This document shows positions 58,886 to 64,000 of a stretch of DNA of 64,000 nt, piece by piece (position 1 is the stretch's first letter; each line of letters begins with the position of its first letter). Location: the NCBI GenBank assembly GCA_963748215.1, contig CAVVHS010000007.1:256001-320000 (forward strand). Reading direction: 5' to 3'. The translations under genes and the position numbers were made by a program. This DNA comes from an uncultured Gammaproteobacteria bacterium. Its GTDB lineage: Bacteria; Pseudomonadota; Gammaproteobacteria; UBA9214. The notes beneath the pieces were generated by a model, which searched no databases, was not told the origin of the DNA, and was given only the letters and a program-made list of their open reading frames with translations.

Positions 58886-59178
58886 CTCGCGCAGAGTCGC
58901 AGAGCGCGCAGAGAAAATTTGGTAAGTTCATGCGGATGTTTTTTATAGCTGTAGGAGCGCTCCTGCAGCAATAGCCTGTTTGCCTGGTCGATGCGCTTCC
59001 CGGGCTTGCCGCATTTTGCGCAGAGAAGGCACCTCTGATTTATTCACTCATCGTCATCCCGACGCATGTCGGAATCCAGAGTTTTAACTGACCTTGATGC
59101 CGGCCTTCGCCGGCATGACGAAGTTATCATAGATTCCGGAAATGCCGTTTCTCTGCGCACTCTGCGCCTCTGCGCGAG
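58886..59178. repeat. nested element: 31-bp CGCAGAG inverted arms enclosing a REP and MITE copy 4
   Basis: 58886-58916 vs 59148-59178 match 29/31 as inverted repeats. Confidence 0.8.
59028..59137. mobile_element. 110-bp MITE, copy 4 (reverse orientation)
   Basis: GGCACCTCTGATTTATTCACTCATCGTCATCCCG...GATGCCGGCCTTCGCCGGCATGACGAA..ATCATAGATTCC. Confidence 0.75.
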
Positions 59179-59203
59179 ATGACTTTCTGCAGGGCGGGAA
59201 CGC

Positions 59204-60205
59204 TCAATCCATGGCCAGTACGATCTTGCCCTGCGTGTGTCCGGTCTCGACCAGCGCGTGCGCGGTGGCGGCCTCGTGCAGGGACAGGGTCTTCGACACC
59301 AGCGGCTTGAGCGCGCCACCGTCGATCAGGGTCTCGCAACGACGCAGTATCTCGCCCTGGTGATGGCGCGCCTCGGGCAGCTCCTGCAGCATGGGTGTCA
59401 GCATCAGGGTGAAGGCGATCGACAGGTTGCGGTTGCGCGCCTCCTTCCAGTCCACGTCGGGACCCGGGTCGAGCAGGGTTACGACGTGGCCATACATGCA
59501 CGTGGCGGCGAGGCTGCGACGGAAGTTTTCGCCACCCAGCGTATCGAGCACCACGTCCACACCACGGCCGCCGCTCCAGTCCAGCGCGGCCTCCACAAAA
59601 TCACAGTCCTGGTAGTGGATGACGTGGTCTGCGCCGAGCAGCCTGACGAACGCCGCTTTCTCCCGGGTGCTGACGGTGGTGGCGATGCGCGCACCGACCG
59701 AGTTGGCCAGCTGGATGGCGACGTGACCGACACCGCCGGCGCCGGCATGGATCAGGACCGTCTGGCCGGCCTCCAGGCCGGCGCGGTCGAACAGGGCCTC
59801 CCACGCCGTGATCAGCACCAGCGGCAGGGCGGCTGCGGATTCGAAGTCGAGGCTGCCCGGTAAATGCTCGGCTTCCTGTTCATCCAGTACCGTGTATTCG
59901 GCGTAGTTTCCGGGTGCCTCGCCCAGTCCGCCGTGGCAGAACCATACCGGGTCACCAGGCTTGAAGCGTGTCACTGCCGGGCCGCATTCGGTGACGATAC
60001 CGGCCCCGTCGCAGCCCAGAATCGCGGGATAGGCGTAGGGGAAAAACACCCCGCGCGCACGCAGCTTGGTATCCACCGGGTTGATGCCCGCTGCCTTCAG
60101 CTGCACCTTGATCGCGGTCGGCGTGTCGATCAGTGGCTCGGGAATGTCGACGACGCGCAATACCTCGTGTGCCGGCCCCGGTCTGATCATATGGATCGCC
60201 TTCAT
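59204..60205 (-). CDS. NADPH:quinone oxidoreductase-like MDR family protein
   Basis: GINPVDTK, GCDGAG, TAWEAL, HAGAGGVG, GKIV. Confidence 0.92.
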   Translation of the reverse strand: MKAIHMIRPGPAHEVLRVVDIPEPLIDTPTAIKVQLKAAGINPVDTKLRARGVFFPYAYPAILGCDGAGIVTECGPAVTRFKPGDPVWFCHGGLGEAPGNYAEYTVLDEQEAEHLPGSLDFESAAALPLVLITAWEALFDRAGLEAGQTVLIHAGAGGVGHVAIQLANSVGARIATTVSTREKAAFVRLLGADHVIHYQDCDFVEAALDWSGGRGVDVVLDTLGGENFRRSLAATCMYGHVVTLLDPGPDVDWKEARNRNLSIAFTLMLTPMLQELPEARHHQGEILRRCETLIDGGALKPLVSKTLSLHEAATAHALVETGHTQGKIVLAMD

Positions 60206-60345
60206 GAGGGATTTATAACACGTGCGGGTGACGCGGGGTATGTCTCCGGTCGGCTGCCGGCGCCGGTAAGGAACCGGTGCCGGCGGCCGTTAACAAGGGG
60301 AGATATCGGTTTCCTGAACTCATCCAGCTGGCGGTGGCCTTAAAA

Positions 60346-60999
60346 ATGAAGAAAAAGACCCGGCATATCCCTTTTTACACCAGACACCTGCCGTTGGCGG
60401 GCATTACCTTGCTGGTCCTGCTGCTGCAGGGCTGCGCCACCCTCGACCGGGATCAGTGCCGAGTCGCCGACTGGCGACTGATCGGCTACCAGGACGGCGT
60501 GCAGGGCAAGCCGTCCAGCATTATCGGGACCTACCGCGAGGACTGCGCCAAACATGCCATCGTGCCGGATCTCGATGCCTGGCAGGCCGGGCGCGCGCAG
60601 GGGCTGCAGGAATACTGCACACCTGCCAACGCCTTCCGCCTCGGTCGTTCGGGTCACGCCTACCCGGGTGTATGCCCCGGGCCGGCTGATGCCGCGTTCG
60701 AGACGGCCTACGGCGACGGGCGCGCGATCTACCTGGCGCGCTCCGAGGTCAAGGATACCCATGCGCAGATTCACCGGCGCGAGAAAGAAATCGACGCCTT
60801 GTACAAGGACAAGGAGCACAAGCTTGTTGCGCTGGTGCAGGATGGCCTGCAGAAGGAGCAGCGTGTCCTGTTGCTGTACCAGATTCACGAGATTGATCAG
60901 GAAATCGAGGCCCTGGACGCCGAAATCGACAGCCTAGAGTACGATCTGCAGGTGCAGCAGGCCTATCTCGACAGCCTCGTCAGCACGATATCACGCTAG
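60346..60999 (+). CDS. DUF2799 family lipoprotein
   Basis: lipobox LQGC, C..ADWRLIGYQDG, GLQEYC, C-terminal coiled coil. Confidence 0.88.
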   Translation: MKKKTRHIPFYTRHLPLAGITLLVLLLQGCATLDRDQCRVADWRLIGYQDGVQGKPSSIIGTYREDCAKHAIVPDLDAWQAGRAQGLQEYCTPANAFRLGRSGHAYPGVCPGPADAAFETAYGDGRAIYLARSEVKDTHAQIHRREKEIDALYKDKEHKLVALVQDGLQKEQRVLLLYQIHEIDQEIEALDAEIDSLEYDLQVQQAYLDSLVSTISR

Positions 61000-61068
61000 G
61001 CGGGTTTCCCGGTCAGGACCGGGACACGGCGTCCGTTGGGCGCAGTCCTGAATCACCGGTAACAACAC

Positions 61069-61674
61069 ATGGAAGCAGGGAAAAAGGGATCTTTGTCACC
61101 GCTTGCCGCCACCCAGGCCGCGCTGGCGGAAGCCAATCGCCGAATGCTCACCGACGAGCAGCTGCAGCGCGCGCTGGAATCTTTCGAGAAGATCATGACT
61201 TACCGCAGCGAGATGTACCTGCATCTCTCGAGGCGGGTGCGTGTCACCGTGCGCGGGGGTATGGGCGTGTTCGCGGCGGTCGGGCTTGCCATGTTTCTGC
61301 TGCTGATCACGCTGGCGATACAGGTCGAGCATGCTGTCGAGAGCAGTCGGCAGCTGGCCGCGCACGTGCGCACCGTCGCGGTCGACATGGCCCAGATCGA
61401 ATCGACCATGACGCAGATCGATGCGCGCATGCAGCGCTTCGACTCGATCGGCGGTTACATGCACGTCATGACCGGCCAGACGGAGCTGATTGCCGATGGC
61501 ATGGCAAATCTTGACGCCAGGATGCAGGTCATCGACCGGCAGATGTCGGCCATCAATGCGCGGCTGTTCAACGTCACGCGCAGTATGGGTGCCATGGGCG
61601 GAGCGGTGAACGGCATGGGCCATTCAGTGACCGAGATTGCCCGCCCGGCAGGCATGTTCGGCTTCCTGCCCTGA
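61069..61674 (+). CDS. single-TM Met-rich coiled-coil hypothetical protein (paralog 1)
   Basis: TM near residues 63-84, long heptad region, ends RPAGMFGFLP. Confidence 0.8.
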   Translation: MEAGKKGSLSPLAATQAALAEANRRMLTDEQLQRALESFEKIMTYRSEMYLHLSRRVRVTVRGGMGVFAAVGLAMFLLLITLAIQVEHAVESSRQLAAHVRTVAVDMAQIESTMTQIDARMQRFDSIGGYMHVMTGQTELIADGMANLDARMQVIDRQMSAINARLFNVTRSMGAMGGAVNGMGHSVTEIARPAGMFGFLP

Positions 61675-61695
61675 GCGAAACGAAGACTCATTACC

Positions 61696-62238
61696 ATGCG
61701 CCAGCAAATCCTCGACGAACTCACGCGCTTCATGCGCGAAATGGAAGATGACCTGTCCTGCTGCTACCGGGACGAAATCGACAAGCAGCGCATGACGACG
61801 CGGATCATTCGCGGCACGCTGGCGCTGATGCTTGCGGTGCTGATCGCGAACAGCTACTACCTGTACCAGCTGTCGGCCGGCCTGCACGAGAGCCTGGTGA
61901 TGGTGGACGTGATGGCGCACCGCTTCGGCCAGGTCACCGACAGCCTGAGCCGGGTGACAGGCTCGATGACGCATATCGGCGCCCGCCTGCAGACACTGGA
62001 CGGTATCGACGCCGACATGGCCGGGGTGACCGGCGAGGTGGTTCGTATCAGCGACGCGCTGGGTGGCATCTCCGCGACGGTCACGCAATTAAGCGACGAG
62101 CTGCTGCGCGTCAACCAGTCCATGGGCGTCATCGACGGCCAGGTGTTTCACATGACCGGCAACGTGCAGCAGATCGGCGGCGGCATGCAGAAGATTTCCG
62201 GGCCCATGAACTTCATGAACAAGATGACGCCCTGGTAG
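61696..62238 (+). CDS. single-TM Met-rich coiled-coil hypothetical protein (paralog 2)
   Basis: TM near residues 38-58, long heptad region, ends GPMNFMNKMTPW. Confidence 0.8.
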   Translation: MRQQILDELTRFMREMEDDLSCCYRDEIDKQRMTTRIIRGTLALMLAVLIANSYYLYQLSAGLHESLVMVDVMAHRFGQVTDSLSRVTGSMTHIGARLQTLDGIDADMAGVTGEVVRISDALGGISATVTQLSDELLRVNQSMGVIDGQVFHMTGNVQQIGGGMQKISGPMNFMNKMTPW

Positions 62239-62265
62239 TCGCCGGGCATCGCATCCATGCCTGGC

Positions 62266-63456
62266 TCAGGGCGCCAGTGGCCGCAGGCGGAACAGGCCCT
62301 GCAGTTCAGCGTCGCTGGTGAAGTACAGCGCCCCGTCCGGACCAAATGCCACGCCCACCGGTCGCGCCAGCCGCGTACCGTCCGCACGCTGAAAGCCGGT
62401 CACGAAATCCACCACGTCCCGTGCCTTGCCGGCCTCGAAACGTACCATCAGCAATTGCGGCGCACGCCGTGTGGCCTTGCTGCCATAGGCGCCGCCGGTG
62501 GGACGGGTGCCCCACGAGCCGCGCAGGGCGACGATGGCGTTGCCGGCGAATTTCCCGCCGAGTGCGGCATCCGTCGCGAAGGCCACGCCCATGGGAGCGT
62601 TGCGGGCGGGGAAGGTGGCGACGGGCAGGCTGACCTCGGCGGCCGGGCGCGGCGGTGTCCGCTCGATACAGCGGTCGCGCCGCAGGGTGTTGCCGTCGTA
62701 CTGAAACCACGGCATACCGTGGAACGAGCCGTCCGTCAGTCGGGCGAAATATTCCGGCGGCTGTTCGAAGCCGAGGTGGTCCGGCCCGTTGTTGGAGGCA
62801 TACAGCACGCCGGTGTCCGGGTGCCAGTCGAAGCCGACCGGGTTGCGCAGGCCGGAGGCAAACGGTTTCCAGGCGGGGAGTCTGCCACTTTCGTCCAGCA
62901 CCAGTACACCACCACGACGGTCAGCGACGGGATAGCTGTCGTCGAGGTACTGGTCGGAGCAGTTGCCGGCAATCCCCAGCGACAGGTACACACGGCCGTC
63001 CGGTCCGATGGCGACCGTACGGCTGGTGTGGCCGCCGCCACCGGGCAGGGCGGCGAGGCGCTGCACCGCATCCCGTGCGATGCGCGCCTGGCCAGGGGCG
63101 TAGGGCGCGCGGTACAGGCCGTCAGTCTGCGCGATGAGTAACTCGCCGTCGCGCCAGGCGACGCTGTGCGGGTAATCCGCGAGCCTGAGCAGCACCTCGG
63201 GTTGCCGGTAGGGTGGCGTCAGCCGGTAAATATTCCCGTCGCGCGAGCCGGCCAGCAGGTCGCCGTTGGGAAGGAAGGTCAGCATGCGCGGCGCGTCGAG
63301 GGCGTCGGTCAGCAACTCCAGCGTCAGGCCGGCCGGCACCTGCAGGCTCCAGTCCTGCCCGTCGACGCGAAGCACCTGATTGCGCCAGGCGGGAACGTCG
63401 GCCGCGATGGCGATCCCGCAATACAGCATACCCGTCAGCAGCAGAATCCGTCGCAT
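62266..63456 (-). CDS. glucose/sorbosone dehydrogenase family beta-propeller protein
   Basis: signal peptide; GGGHTSRT, GLRNPVGFDWHP, RPVGVAFGPDGALYFTSD. Confidence 0.9.
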   Translation of the reverse strand: MRRILLLTGMLYCGIAIAADVPAWRNQVLRVDGQDWSLQVPAGLTLELLTDALDAPRMLTFLPNGDLLAGSRDGNIYRLTPPYRQPEVLLRLADYPHSVAWRDGELLIAQTDGLYRAPYAPGQARIARDAVQRLAALPGGGGHTSRTVAIGPDGRVYLSLGIAGNCSDQYLDDSYPVADRRGGVLVLDESGRLPAWKPFASGLRNPVGFDWHPDTGVLYASNNGPDHLGFEQPPEYFARLTDGSFHGMPWFQYDGNTLRRDRCIERTPPRPAAEVSLPVATFPARNAPMGVAFATDAALGGKFAGNAIVALRGSWGTRPTGGAYGSKATRRAPQLLMVRFEAGKARDVVDFVTGFQRADGTRLARPVGVAFGPDGALYFTSDAELQGLFRLRPLAP

Positions 63457-63545
63457 GCCGCCAAGGATAGCTGGCCTGGCGAGATTTTTACAGAACGTTG
63501 ATGGCCCGCTATCATACGCGCGCCGATCCACGACCGGACACATGC

Positions 63546-64000
63546 ATGCACAATTACCCGCTCGCCGCCCTGCAGGACATCATCATCCCGGCCGCCCGCG
63601 AGGAACTGTTGCCGCGTTTTGCCGCGGTCGCGCGCAAACACAAGGCCGATGGCAGCGTACTGACCGAGGCCGATCTTGCGATGCAGGCACGGGTGTCCGC
63701 CCGGCTGCTGGCACGCTGGCCGGACACGCTGTTTCTCGGCGAGGAAATGGCGATGGCCGAACAGCAGGCGCTGATCGCCTCGCACCAGCCGCTGTGGTGC
63801 CTGGACCCGCTCGACGGTACCAGCAACTTCGCCACCGGTATTCCCTATTTCTGTGTCTCGCTGGCCCTGTTGCAGGAAGGCCGGGTGCGACTCGGCCTGG
63901 TTTACGATCCGGTGCGCGATGAATGTTTTGCCGCCGACGCGCAACACGGCGCGCTGCTCAACGGCGCCGGGCTGGCCGTGGCCCCCTCCGGGCTGGCTTT
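63546..64000 (+). CDS. inositol monophosphatase family protein (3' end off the window)
   Basis: TEAD, GEE, WCLDPLDGTSNF, VYDP. Confidence 0.92.
   Translation, partial: MHNYPLAALQDIIIPAAREELLPRFAAVARKHKADGSVLTEADLAMQARVSARLLARWPDTLFLGEEMAMAEQQALIASHQPLWCLDPLDGTSNFATGIPYFCVSLALLQEGRVRLGLVYDPVRDECFAADAQHGALLNGAGLAVAPSGLA

Noticed and set aside
1-64000. tRNA, rRNA, integrase, transposase or prophage genes
   Set aside because: None recognised on either strand by motif inspection

Overview
GC-rich (roughly 60-65% by eye) chromosomal segment, most consistent with a free-living gammaproteobacterium. It holds about 70 mostly housekeeping or accessory CDSs, including tdh-kbl, nfi, mscL, pdxH, chaB, a Glu/Leu/Phe/Val dehydrogenase, a ClsB-like phospholipase D, two c5-type cytochromes, a CHASE hybrid kinase and an RR/LysM-FecR/CHASE2 operon. 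I found no rRNA, tRNA, CRISPR array, integrase or transposase. The most distinctive signal is in the intergenic DNA, which is crowded with several small repeat families. (1) Composite arrays built from three modules (a GTGARAC heptamer run, an AATGGCCACGGAA block with ~9-nt periodicity, and a GTAG-type REP hairpin) occur in different orders at four loci, and two of them bracket a two-gene cargo in inverted orientation. (2) A ~110-bp MITE with IS5-like ends and a REP-like core occurs in four copies. (3) Repeats are nested inside other repeats at two loci. (4) There is one perfect 54-bp palindrome. Unusual proteins include an MscL with a C-terminal Cys4 tail, a tandem pair of Met-rich single-TM coiled-coil paralogs, and a Zn-ADH lacking the structural-zinc cysteines. 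Three genes carry single-base frameshifts, which may be pseudogenes or assembly indels. All family calls come from motif recognition by eye; no searches were run.
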